From: Selaginella moellendorffii
Taxonomy: Eukaryota; Plantae; Lycopodiophyta
Direction of reading: 5' to 3'
Assembly: GCF_000143415.4 (NCBI RefSeq)
Contig: NW_003314307.1
Span: 1,379,439-1,421,978 of the forward strand
Length of the DNA: 42,540 bases
This document shows, in pieces, positions 11,243 to 23,261 of the stretch (position 1 is the stretch's first letter; each line of letters starts with the position of its first letter). The position numbers were made by a program, and so were the translations under genes. Below the pieces are notes generated by a model. The model was given only the letters and a program-made list of their open reading frames with translations, ran no database searches and was not told where the DNA came from.

Positions 11243-12840
11243 GGATCAGGTACTTTGGAGAGATGGATCCAGCAGCGCAGGGCAGCAAATCTAAAACTAG
11301 GAACCAAGGAATTCGAGCACGGACGACAGCTTGTATAGCCAACTAGGAAGGAAAAGGAAAGGGGCAGCAGAAGAATGACTTTGGTGGACAGGACATTTGG
11401 GACAGCAGGACAGGACAAGGAACAGGACATGGAGCTGTGCGTGCATTTTGATTGACTCGAGAGGATTTCCAGGATACGTAGCTGTAGAGCTAGCTCAGAG
11501 ATTTTTTGGAAGACGATGGAGGCAACACCGAGCAACGAGGCCAGGCCGAGCGAGAGTGAGCTCTCTCGATCGAGACACTCTGCATTGGGACTTGACGACA
11601 CTCTCTCGGTGTCACTTTGGCCACTTTGCGACTACGGTACATATATATAGAGAGGATTCGACGGGCAGCCAGCAGCAGCAGCAGCAGATCGGCGGCAACA
11701 CCCATTGAAGTGAAGAGAGTCTCGTCATCCGGCGATGGATCAGCCAAAACTTAAGAGGTACCTACATTGTTTCGCTTTGTTTCTCTGCTTGCTGAGCTCT
11801 GCGTTTGAAGTAAATACATACGACCAGCTAATAATCTCCGCTGTGATGTCCATGAGTGACGAGCGAGCGAGAGAGCGCTGCGAGAGCGTCTCCTTTTCGC
11901 TGCAATTGATCATCGACCCGATCGATCACTCCAGGGACTAGCTGAAGTGAGTGATAGCAGTGACTGGTACACCATCAATCGAGCTCGGTGGTAGTAATGG
12001 CCGCCGTGGTGTGGTGGTGGTGGTGACGCTGAGCGATTAAAAAGAGACCACAGTCTGGGGTCTGGGCTGGATGGATGGACTCTGCTATTTGTCCTAGCTA
12101 TCAGGCAAGAGAAAAAATGGGACGGTCTCTCTTTAAATTCCTTTTCTTGCGGTCCGGGACTGGAAGGAATCTGATGGAACTTCCCTATCTCGGCCATTAT
12201 ATCATACAAACTGACCTCTCTTGTGTGTGTGTATAGTGGCTTTCGTATCGTACCCAGCGTTACATCACATTGTTTCATTTTCTCCAACTGACTTGGTTGT
12301 TTTTTTTTTTCTTTTACACTGTACTCTTATTTATAACAGTAGAATACACATCCGATCCACTTCTACTATACACTTGTTTGGGGTCAACATAGCACGACGC
12401 GTCCACTTCGTATCTCTGCCAGCTTTGACTGCGCTAATCATAGTTTGAACTATTCTGGGATACTTTTTAAATTTGAAGATTTTGGTGGGAAAAATCTCTT
12501 TTGCCTGTGTTTCTAGGGTTAGGGCTTTGAGGCGTCTCTTCATTTTCCCAAGAATCTCGACAGGGGATGGATGATCGAGGGCAAGGTGATGCGGCGAGGG
12601 AGGAGGAAGCGGCAATGTGGCGCTCGGCGCCACAGTGTTAGGGTTTTAGAGATGGATCCGGGGGGACGATCGCCGTGGCAGCGGCGGCAGGCTTGATAGG
12701 GATGCGCCGCGCGCTCGAAATTTTTGCCCTCTCGTGGAAGCCGCGAATGTGAGTTGGTTTGATGAAAGTAGCGGCAGGTTCTCTTTCTCTTCGTGCGCTC
12801 CGGGTGGTTTCGTCCTCCACTAGGGGGCCCCTCTGGTGCC

Positions 12841-14995
12841 ATGCTATCGGCGGCAGGATTCACTACGCAGATTGTCCCTGTCGCCTCCTGTTCTTCGTCA
12901 TTGCAATCATCCAGTGCTAGTGCTTCCTCGTCCTCGTCTTCTAAGCTCCCGTTTGTACGGTTTGGGAGGCAGCAAGAGTTTTTTCGGCCAATGTGTTGTC
13001 AGAAGAACTTTGATGGTTTTGAATGCGGTAGTAAATGGAGTTGCTGGAAGAAGCGGATGAGATTGACAAGGGCAGCCAGGGACGAGTCTTCTCCTTACCT
13101 TGAGCCTGATGCGCGCTCGGTACGTCCAGACTTTACTAGTTCTTCTTTTGGTTTCTCACCATTTTGGTCGATCGATTCGTGCATGCAGAGTGTTCTTGCC
13201 GTCATCCTGGGTGGTGGTGCCGGAACCAGATTGCATCCCTTGACCAGAGAGCGCGCGAAACCAGCTGTGCCCCTGGGCGCCAACTACAGGCTCATCGACA
13301 TTCCCGTGAGCAACTGTATCAACAGCAACATTCCCCGGATTTACGTCCTCACGCAGTACAACTCAACGTCTCTCAACAGTCACCTGTACAGGGCCTACGC
13401 TGGGAACATGGGAGGCTTTAGAAACGATGGTTTTGTGGAAGTGCTTGCGGCCGAGCAGAGCTTAGATAATCCTGACTGGTTTCGTGTAAGTCCATTCCTT
13501 GGCACAGCCACACACGACTTTTCTTCTTAACTAAAGGTAAAAATAGGATTCTTTCTTCGTTCGTGGTTTGACTTGTCATCCTGCTGCTGCTGCTGCTGCT
13601 GCTGCAGGGTACAGCCGATGCTGTCCGGCAATACCTATGGATTTTTGAGGACCAGGACGTCATGGAATTTTTGATCCTAGCAGGAGACCACTTGTACCGC
13701 ATGGACTATCAAAGGTTCATTCGGAGCCACCGTCAAACCAAGGCAGACATCACTGTTGCCGCTGTTCCAGTGGAGGAAAAAAGAGCCACGAACTTCGGTC
13801 TCATGAAGATCGATTCAGAAGGGAAAATTACCGAGTTTGCTGAGAAGCCAAAGGGTGGGATACTTCAGGGCATGAAGGTGCGTGCATCTTATTTGAGTTG
13901 AATCCTCAACGTCGCCTTCGGACATTCTTACAGGTGGACACAACTATCCTCGGTCTAGATCCTAAGAGAGCTGAAGCGTTGCCATATATTGCCAGCATGG
14001 GTATATACGTTATCAGTAAGGAAGCAATGTACAAGTTGCTGCATGAAAAGTTTCCAAATGCAAACGATTTTGGCAGCGAGATTATTCCTGGAGCGACTCA
14101 GCTTGGCATGAAGGTAAGTTTTTTTTCTTCTTTTGTGTCTCTCTCAAGCCTTTGTGATTTTTTAATCTTTTGTTCTACTTTCTAGGTACAAGCCTACCTG
14201 TTTGATGGATACTGGGAGGATATTGGCACAATCGAGGCTTTTTACAATGCCAACATAGGATTGACTAAGAGCCCTCCTGAATTTAGGTGCACAAGTTTTC
14301 AAGGTTTTTCTTATCAATACTTGACGGGACATTCGTGGAATTTTGATTCTCAGTTTTGATGACAAGCATTCACCAATATATACGCTCCCGAGGTGCCTAC
14401 CACCCTCGATAATGCACGATGCGGACATCGTGCAGAGCATCATTGGAGAAGGCTGTGTCATTCAGGCAAGTAAAAAATTATCTAGAGCGTGCTTGAATAA
14501 CTTCTAACAACTGCTTCTCTACGCCAGAATTGCAAAATCTACCACTCCGTGGTCGGCCTGAGGTCCCGAATTGCAGAGGGTGCGGTCATTGAGGATTCTC
14601 TTCTTATGGGATCGGATTTTTACGAGGTGTGTTTCAAGCTTTTGAGTGCTTGCCGTTAGGAATTTTGCCCGGTTTTTCCAGCAAGAGGAGCACCGAGAAC
14701 ATCTCCATTCCCATGGAGGTGTGCCCATTGGCATTGGCAAATACTCTGTCGTCCGAAAGGCTATTATCGATAAGAACGTTCGAATTGGTCGGAATGTGAG
14801 GGTATGGACGGTAAAGAAAGCTGTTGACACACATGACCTTACTTTCTTCTTGGGCTGGACTGCTTTTTCTTTTTTCAGATCATCAACAAGGATAACGTGT
14901 TGGAGGCTGCAAGGGAAACAGAGGGCTACTTCATTAAGAATGGGATTGTGACGATTATCAAAGACGCAGTTATTCCAAACGGCACAACGATTTGA
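12841..14995 (+). CDS. APS: ADP-glucose pyrophosphorylase small subunit, plastid-targeted, multi-exon
   Basis: [93 protein letters not shown] and [21 protein letters not shown]. Ser-rich transit-peptide-like N-terminus. Confidence 0.95.
13581..13604 (+). repeat. (CTG)8 microsatellite at an intron acceptor of APS
   Basis: Seen directly, immediately before cag|ggtaca. Confidence 0.9.
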
Positions 14996-15244
14996 GCTGA
15001 ATTCGTCGCATCTGATGCAAGTACGTACATAGTGTGTATATTGGACGAGGAGGACGAGTGTTGTCTGTAAATTTGTGTAGGCAATGAATTCGTTTTCATT
15101 TTTTGTTTCTTGGTTTTTTTGTTTTTCTTTCTACTGTTTAGAAGAGTATTTGAGTTAGCTTAGTTTTTTCTTTTCTGACGAAGACGAGAATGATTGATTG
15201 ATTGAATAAGCGCAGCAGAGCAAGGATATGTTTCCACGTGACAT

Positions 15245-17462
15245 ATGCGTCCGCCAAAGGTGACTGCCACGTACCGGTTGTCTCTCTTCTCTCACAGGTA
15301 TGGCGGCCGAAGGCGAAGCAACAGCTCCTCATCGCCGGCTCCTCCGCCTCTCAAGGTACTGTGGCTTTCTCTTCTTCCTTGCGAGCATCATGTAGTTACT
15401 GCTAATTTTTGACAGGAGCAGCCCTCGGTGGAATGGCGGTGTTTGGCGTGGTTTTCACTGCGCCATCCAAGGCCTGGGTTCCACAGGAGTTGCATTTAAT
15501 GACGAGCCAGAGCCAGAGGAAGCTGGTAGCAACGATTGCAAGCATTGGGAGAAGCAGCGGTGGAGTTCATGGTCACAGATCGCGGAAAGGAAGGCGGAGG
15601 AGATCACCTCGAAGTGAGAGTGGAAGCGAAAGTCAAGATGAAGCGTTGGTAAGTAAGACTCACTCGTTCTCTTTCGCCAGGTTTTTACTTTATGTTCTAT
15701 TTTACAGCAGCAAAGTGCATGCGTTTCCAACGAAGGAAATGGAAACTCGAGAGTGACAAGGAAAACGTCCAGTCGCAACAAACGGGCATCCAAGGCAGAA
15801 GAAGGAGAAGGGAGTCAGGGGTTTGATTCGCCTGTTGAGGACGTGATAGCACCCGTGGCTGTGACAATTGTCTCGGACCCCGAGCTCTTCGAATCAGTTT
15901 CTCAGGAGCATCATCAGGCGAATGACGACGAGAATGAGCAAGTGAGCTCGAGTGTGGCCGCAGTGGACGAGAACACCTCTGCTGTTCAAGAGGTGGAAGA
16001 TTCATCGGTTTCTGAAAAAATTGTGGAGCAAGTAGCAGAGATCCAGACGCAAATGGCCGAAGCAGTGCACAGAGTTGTCGACGAAGTGATCCCGGAGCAG
16101 GTGACACAGGCCGCGGAAGTGCTGGTGGAGCAAGTCGCAGCACTCTCGATGGTCGAACAGGTTGCCAAGGTGACTGAACAGGTTGCCAACTTACTCTCCA
16201 GCGATGGCGAGGAAAGCCTGGAAAGCGATGACGAGTTTGAGGCCTACACCACGTCTGATCTGCCTGAGTTTCGGGGTATTCGAGGCCTTGAGAACTTCAC
16301 TGTGCTACAGGACGACCATGGGGTAATGACCGTAATTTACGACTTATATCTCTACATTCTCAAGAAGCCGGGGCTGGATTTTGTACTAGGCATGTTTGCT
16401 GCGCCAGTGGCCGTAAGTATGTTCTTCACGCTGCTCTATCTGCCTCAGCTTCAGGGCCTGGATTTTGCAAGCAACGTGGTTCAGTATTCTTCGTCATCGA
16501 AGTTTTTTGAGCACGGCCTGGAACTGGACTGGGAGGCTGTGTTTCGGGTGCTCATGTTTAGCATCTCCTTGTCTACGGGACTCCAACCAGAGTTGACACC
16601 ACTCACTCCTTACACGCTCGTCGTAGCCAACATAAATGCTCTGGTTGCGCAGCTCCTGTTTGTGTTTCTCAGCGGTGCAGGTGCTTTTCTCTCTTTTGCA
16701 AGATTTGGTCCCTGAAACTTGTTTTGTGAATCTCGGCAGTGTTCGCGAGATTGTCCCAGCCGTCACAGCCGATCCGGTGTTCCTCTGTGGCATTGGTGAG
16801 CCCATCGACTGCAAAAAGAAACGGTCGTTCTGTCAGGTAAGCTTGAAGGCAACTTTTTCTCTCGACTCACGCTTCCTTGACTGTGAGCAGAGTGTTTATG
16901 ACTCGTTACGTTCTGGCTGGACCTCAGCCTTGTGAGCTCGTCGATGTCAAAGTTGATTTGAGCTACAAGTACAACACCATCACCGGAGCAGGAACTTACT
17001 TTCGAGCTCAGCAGTCCTTGAAGCTGGTATGTTCAGTTGTTTTCTAGCTAGCCAAATGAGTCTTTGGGTTAAAGCACTTACCACAGATTCGTTCCGAGGT
17101 TTCGTACCTCAACCACGGCATGCTGGTCCGCCACATAATCGACGAGTCGAGCCCTCTCAACAAGCGAACTCCGGAGATGCTCAAAAAAGAAGATGGAATC
17201 TTCACGCTGAGCGTGGTAGAGTAATTTACGAAGTCATTTGTTTCTCGTTTCTAATCGCTTGCCTCGCTAAAATTTGCAGGTGGGACTGGAGCGAAGCTCC
17301 ATGCAATCAGTGTTTCACGCACAACACTACTCCATGGACGACGATCACGTAATCTGGGATGCTGAGTTCCAAGATATGATCTTGATAAGCAAGAAGAACA
17401 TGCGTATCGTGGATCACTCTAGGCTCAGCCAGTGGCGGCCGGTTAAGATCCCTGATAGCTGA
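15245..17462 (+). CDS. Inward-rectifier (Kir/KirBac)-fold ion channel with non-canonical pore; start 15245 or 15433; core exons 15708/15711-16680, 16740-16836, 16891-17026, 17087-17215, 17280-17462
   Basis: Spliced translation gives slide helix YDLYLYILK, TM1, pore FSISLSTGLQPELTP, TM2 ending LSGA|VFARLSQP, and a cytoplasmic domain LKL|IRSE..GMLVRHIIDESSPL..TPEML..VGLERSSMQSVFHAQHY..VIWDAEFQD..IVDHSRL. This is collinear with KirBac motifs as recalled (DLY, VFARF.RP, HVIDESSPL, IRW..YVD, IDY.R). Confidence 0.85.
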
Positions 17463-17527
17463 GACACTCTGTACAAGTTCACAAGAGAGGTATGGCAAAC
17501 AGGCGTAGATGGACCTATTAGTTCCAT

Positions 17528-18001
17528 CTATTTGATATCCTTCTGCACTGGAGCTGCGAGTTTTCTCAAGTGCTGGAAGGAGCGGTGCTTGATCCACTGC
17601 CGATCGTATGGCAAGAAGCCGTGAACGTTGGGATCATACCTGCGCAGCACAGGGAGAGCACAAGTTCTACTCAAACCAAATCCAGGAGGAAGGCGAGCAA
17701 AGTTACACAAGAGCGCTGATATCTTTCAAGCCATCGATGAAGTCGTAGAGATCGCCAATGTCGTAGCAGATGCTGGTGAGCTCGGGATTGAGATCCTTGA
17801 GCTTCTTTTCGTACATTGCGCATACACCTTTGAGAGAAAAGAGCGAGAACTTTTGGATTGGAATCGATCATTGTTTTTGGTTTTTCGTGCTCTTCTAATA
17901 CCTTCCATGCACAGTGGGATGGAATCGAATTCCAGGTACGTTCGGCTGCTTTGATTCTGGTTTTGCTGGACCAGCAGCAAGATTTTCTTCTTGCTAGACA
18001 T
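17528..18001 (-). CDS. ERH: Enhancer of rudimentary homolog; exons 18001-17902, 17827-17707, 17639-17528
   Basis: ILLLVQ..SRTYLEFDSI..CMEGVCAMYEKKLKDLNP..ICYDIGDLYDFIDGLKDISALVYD..FLPYDRQWIK. Confidence 0.93.
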
Positions 18002-18156
18002 GATCGTCTTCCTTCTCTTCCAAAGAGAGACGGTTCTGTGATTCAAAGAGGATATGGCGCTGGCGAGATCGCAGCCGTCCAATCCCTGGACCTATATACC
18101 GCCCGATCCATTCAAAGCTGGGAATAAAACTTTTAGGTCGAGGGAGGAGGAGGAGG
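18002..18156. promoter_or_regulatory. Putative bidirectional promoter between ERH and the CBS-PB1 gene
   Basis: Only 155 bp separate the divergent ATGs. CCAAT is at 18079 and palindromic TATATA at 18093. Confidence 0.55.
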
Positions 18157-20514
18157 ATGAGCGGCATTGTGGCGGATCCAGTGCGCAATGCGGCAGCCGC
18201 GATGAGCAGCAGGATGGCGCCGGATCGTGGCAGCACCGGCAGCATCGGGCGCAATCTGTGAGCTCGCGATCGCGATCGATTCGGGATAACTCACTCTCGT
18301 TTCTCACAGGTCGGGGCTAGGAAGGCGCAGTGTGGCCAAGCTGAGGCCCGCCAAGGCTCTGATCATCCGCGACAGCTCCTCGGTCGCGGATGCGTGCCGG
18401 CGCATGGCGGCCGCTCGGATTGACGCTGTCTTGCTCACGGATTCCGACTCTGTGCTATGTGGGATTTTCACAGACAAGGTACTCACTCCTTCTTTCGCCC
18501 ATGCGATGCTAGATAGGACATGAAGAGCTAAAGTTTAAAGGAAGGTGGTCTTGTCTAGAGCTTGAGAAAGAGGCTTTGCTTGCGGTGCTATGTGCAGGAT
18601 GTGGTGGCTAGAGTGATTGCCAAGGGTCTTAAGCCCGAAGAAACCTGTGTCTCCTCAGTTATGACCAGGAACCCAGTCTATATTCCCAGTGATGCGCTAG
18701 CCGATCATGCCCTCCGGAAGATGATTCGAGGTTTAGCCAAGTTTCTTCCTTTTTCACCACCTCAAATAAACGCGAGGGAGAAGAAACTTACATTGCACTA
18801 GCTATAGCTAGCTTTGGGCTTTGGGCTTTATCATCTTTATGCTGACTTTTTTCTGTCAACAGGGAAATTTAGGCACCTGCCTGTTGTTGACAATGGACAA
18901 GTTATTGCTCTCGTGAACATGAAGAAATGTTTGTACGATGCAATTGTTACGCTGGAGTGGCATATGGCAGCGTCATTTGCTGCTATGCATCCGGAAAAGA
19001 GTACGTGCTTCTTCTTCTTTTTTTTTCGTTTTCGATGCTGCTGCTATAACTGGCTTTAAAATGCAGTCTCCGCAGCGTCCATTGAAGCTCTCCGGGATCA
19101 AACATTTCAACCGACGTTAGGATCTTTGATAATGCAATCTTTCAAGTAAGTGAAGGTTGCTTACAGCTCACATTGAACCTTAACTGCAGTGCAGTCACAA
19201 TCTGTCCGAATGAAACGGTGGATACGGCCACAAAGAAGATGCTAGAGTTCAGCAGCGACTATGTTATTGTAGCTTCTGGCAGGAATCCAGTGGGCATTTT
19301 CACGTAAGCCATTAATCTATTATCTTCCAACAAAGCTGAGAAACTTGCAGGTCGAAGGACCTGCTAATGCGAGTTGTTGCTAAAGGCCTTTGCCCAACCT
19401 CCACAGCCATTGAAAAGGTTTTGCTTGAATCTGTGTCATTGAAACTAAACAATCGTGTGTGGTCAGGTGATGACACGGAATGTGGAGTGTGCCTCGTTAG
19501 ACACGGCAGTCGTGGATGCCCTGCATATCATGCACGATGGCCGCTTTTGCCACTTACCCATTCTGGACCAAGGTAAGCATACGGGGCCGGCTTGTGTGAT
19601 TTCGAATACCATTCGCACTTTTTGCAGATAGGAACGTGGTTGGATGCGTGAGCGTCATGGCTCTCGTGGAATGCGGCCTTGCCAGCGTAAGCCAGAAGCT
19701 CCCAAGGGGCAGAGTTGATTATTGTGTAACGCTCCAGGTTGAGGAAGAAATTGTGAAACTGGATGCATCAAACTCCGTTACCACAGCATGCAGGTAACAA
19801 AAACCTCGATCTTCTCTGTATATAATCGTTATATGGTTGCAGCGACTCTGCAAACTTGACATCCGAGTTGATTGCCGTGAAAACTGTCTACCCGTCCCTG
19901 TGGCTAGCAAATTTCTTCTCCTTCAAGGTAGAAGACCCGAAAGGCTGTGTCCATCGCTTCACTTGCGGTACCTTGGTCTATCCGCGTCATCATCGTCACT
20001 ATCATAACCTGTGTCACGCAGGGACACAAAGCCTTGAAGAAGTCCTTGCAACAGTTTCGGTCCGGATTGGCTGCGAGGACGAGAACCTCCAACTCTTGGT
20101 AAATCCGGTGATAGCGTCGAGTCCATTGATTTGATATATCCAGGTTGACATGGGCAGTACAAAGACGATGAGGGCGACTTGATACTTTTGTCCAGCGACA
20201 ACGACTTGGCGCTGGCCGTGGCCTCCGCAAAAGCTTACGGAATGAAGGTACAGTATAGCTCGAGTTTTCAAAGATAAACACACTCGCTTTCTTTCACTCG
20301 CCTCTCGCAGGTATTGAGGCTTTACGTCGACTGCCCACACACGGCGGGCAAGCTGTGCAGATGGAAATCGCTTCGCAGGACGGTGATTGCATCCATTCTG
20401 GTGATCGTTGGCCTTGGCTTCCTCATCCATGCAAGACAGACTGGCAACGAGCCATGGAAGCTCGCCTGGAACCGGGTTCTCAGCTTTAGGCAGCGGCAAG
20501 AAGAAGATCTGTGA
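18157..20514 (+). CDS. CBSCBSPB: CBS-domain protein with PB1 domain and C-terminal transmembrane helix (CBSCBSPB family), many short introns
   Basis: RSVAKLRPAKAL..VADACRRMAAARIDAVLLTD..GIFTDK|DVVARVIAKGL..VMTRNP, GKFRHLPVVDNG, DALHIMHDGRFCHLPI, FSFKVEDPKGCVHRF (PB1), YKDDEGDLILLSSDNDL and VIASILVIVGLGFLI (TM). Confidence 0.9.
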
Positions 20515-20711
20515 CATCACTTGATGCTATAACAACCGTATCTCCTTCTTTGACGATGTTACTACCTGGTTTAAATCCCAAAAGCTTCGTTGACAAAACA
20601 GTAGCTCAAGCTGACCTCTGGCTTCTCCAGCGTAAACGATCAGAATACCATAGCAAAGTCGGGCACTTGTTGTGATTCAAAGCTCACTTCTATGGCGGCA
20701 CAAAGCGAACA

Positions 20712-21750
20712 TCAGTACTCATGTTGCTTTCCAACTCGTTGCTCTCGAAAGTGACGAAGTAGCGCCAGTGCCTAGACACATTTCCGTATCAAAAAATCCC
20801 TCTGTGAGCGTAGAAAGAAAGATGAAGTACCTTATCTTTGCCTCGTGGTGTGCCCGCGAGAGATAACGCATGCAACGGTGGCACCGCGCCTTCCTGCAAC
20901 ACCATTGCTCGGTGCTTGCTACTGTTGATGCAGAGATGGAGCAGAGCAGCCGCGGCATTCTCTTGTCCTCGCGGGGAGCCCGTCTCCACCACCTGGACCA
21001 GCGCGATGATGCCTCCTTCCTCGGCGATGGACACTCTCCCTTCTGGCACAGTTGACAGATTCGCCAGTATGGCAACCGCTTTGTCCACCATGCCCGTCGC
21101 AGCTTGCGAGGCCAGCTCCACCAGCGGCCTGATAGCTCCAGCTCTGACCATCCTCGGCTTGTTGTCGTGAGAGGTTGAGAGGTTGAAGAGCGCCGTTGCT
21201 GCGTCCTTCTTGCCACCGGGGCTGCCGCTTGCCAGCAGTTCCACCAGAGGAGATATCGCACCCGCAGCACCGATCACTTCCTTGTTGTTGTCCACCACGG
21301 AAAGGTTGAAGAGCGTAGCGGCAGCGTTCTCCACTGCTGCGCTGCTTCCCGCTTTCAACACCCTCACCAGTGGATCGATGGCACCCGCCCGGGAGATCTC
21401 CGCCTTGTTGTTGTCGTTGATGGAGAGGTTCAAGAGAGCTGTCACGGCGATTTCCTGGGTTTGCTCGTCACCATCGTCTAATAACGCGATCAGCGGCCTC
21501 ACGGCACCGGCCTCGACAACCAATATCCTGCTCTGCATGTCGTCTTTAGCCAGCAGGGAGCTCCAGCAAACGGAGAGCTCAAATCAATCACCAAGTTCGT
21601 AATGAGTTGCTCGAAAGCCTGTGACATCTCACCACTTCTTGTCACCCTGTCCTGAAAGCTGTTATGTCGTCTGTCAAGCTCCAGTAAGGAATGAAAGCGA
21701 GAAGCTCGCCCCAGGGACTTGGTTTGCCTGTAGTAGCGGCCACTGGCCAT
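20712..21750 (-). pseudogene. 3' piece (ARM repeats) of a disrupted plant U-box (PUB2/4-like) E3 ligase
   Basis: ARM repeats (AVTALLNLSINDNNK, GKKDAATALFNLS, GMVDKAVAILANL, GQENAAAALL) with last exon ALALLRHFREQRVGKQHEY*. A frameshifting deletion at ~21555-21565 removes the expected AAxELR between DLSSPFAGA and LLAKDD. No U-box is adjacent. Confidence 0.82.
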
Positions 21751-23261
21751 GTTCCTTACAAGTGTTTAGAGGTGATAAAAGTTAGCCATTACAAGGTAGA
21801 GAGAAGAGTTGTGAATTTCATTGAGCAAAAAATGTTAACGAACATTGCCGATGCATTAAATTTAACTTCTATTACAAGTTTAAACAATTTTGTCAGGAAT
21901 GGATGGATGCACCAACTAAAAAGGAGCGCAAGGAAAAAGCAAATAAGATGCATATATAATGACATAAAGGAGATAAAGTGCCAATTGAATGCCTTCCACA
22001 AATGAAATGTTAGCTTGCATGGTGGGAAGTTTGAATGTTTTAGTGGGGTCATTATACTCTTCATGTAAACTTTCTCTCATTTTTTTTTCTTGTTACATTC
22101 AAATGTTGCATTTTTCCTAAGATCAACCACTCGATGACATAACATTTACACCAATAATTAATCTCTCTGAAAGCAAACATTAGAGTTGGAAAGCTTCTGA
22201 AGCAGGGAAAGGAAAAATGTCCCTCTATAAAGCTACATTCTTCGACCTCACTAAATCTCTTGATCAATCATCAAAAGCTTTGGCTGCACAAAAAGCAAAG
22301 TTTGCTGGTACAGGTCCGAACTTAGACAAGCTTTGAGAGTGGGTTGGTAGAAAGACAATACCAGCAGCAGGGTTAATGTCTAAGATGGTGGAGGAAGTTG
22401 TTGCTGGAACTCCTATAAAATCAAGTTATGAACCACTTGAGGACATAAGGACAGCCCATATGAAGTATCGATAGACATTTGATGGGCCAAACATCACTCC
22501 TTCTAACTTTCACTGTCCAGAGTGTAGCACATGTGATTATGGGATGAGATTTAGATATACTGTCACTGTGGATCCTTGGAACGTTAGGGATAAATGGGGA
22601 TAAAATAACCACTAAGGGCTCTCTCATCAAGCAATTGCCCCTTTTCCAATTGACTTAAGGGGAGAGAAATAAAGTGTGCTACACAGAATTTGACTACCAT
22701 TTTGTTTCTCGACATTAGAAAAGAACTAAGGAACATGGAGTAGAGGAGGTGCCAGTTGTTACACAAGTGAGTCCAGTGCCAAAGGTTGAGAACGATATTG
22801 CTCGTGAGCCAATTTCTCGTATCAACTGGGCAATTTGAAAAGTCAGTGCCAAGATCAATGCACGTTGCTCCAGAATGATTGGGAGTCGAGGTCAGTGTCT
22901 CGCATTTGTGCGCTCAGGTTCAAGTTCTTCAGCAGTGCCATGTTTCTGGGGCTGTTGAGATCTAAAGGTGAAGAGCCACCAATCAAGCTGGATTTACTGT
23001 TATAGGACTAATGTTACTCATATAAGCCAGATTCACAACTCAATTATTTTGAAGCTAAATTTTGTGCCAGAGGAGTGGCCAGTTGAGTGAAGTTGCAATC
23101 TTTTGAAAGAAGAGATTGAAAGTTTGAACAAAGCAAGTTTCAAGCTAAAAACTTCATTAAATGTTGCTGTTGATACTACTATGCCACCAATATCAACACT
23201 AAACTTGCATACACAACCAGATAGGAATGGGAAGGATGTACAATATGAAGTTAATATAATG

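Noticed and set aside
11250-12830. miRNA precursor or small-peptide gene between TPD1-like and APS
   Set aside because: No conserved miRNA sequence or long hairpin recognised, and the short ORFs lack family motifs.
12841-20514. Functional gene cluster (AGPase, channel, ERH, CBS)
   Set aside because: Unrelated functions; tight spacing is general across this block.
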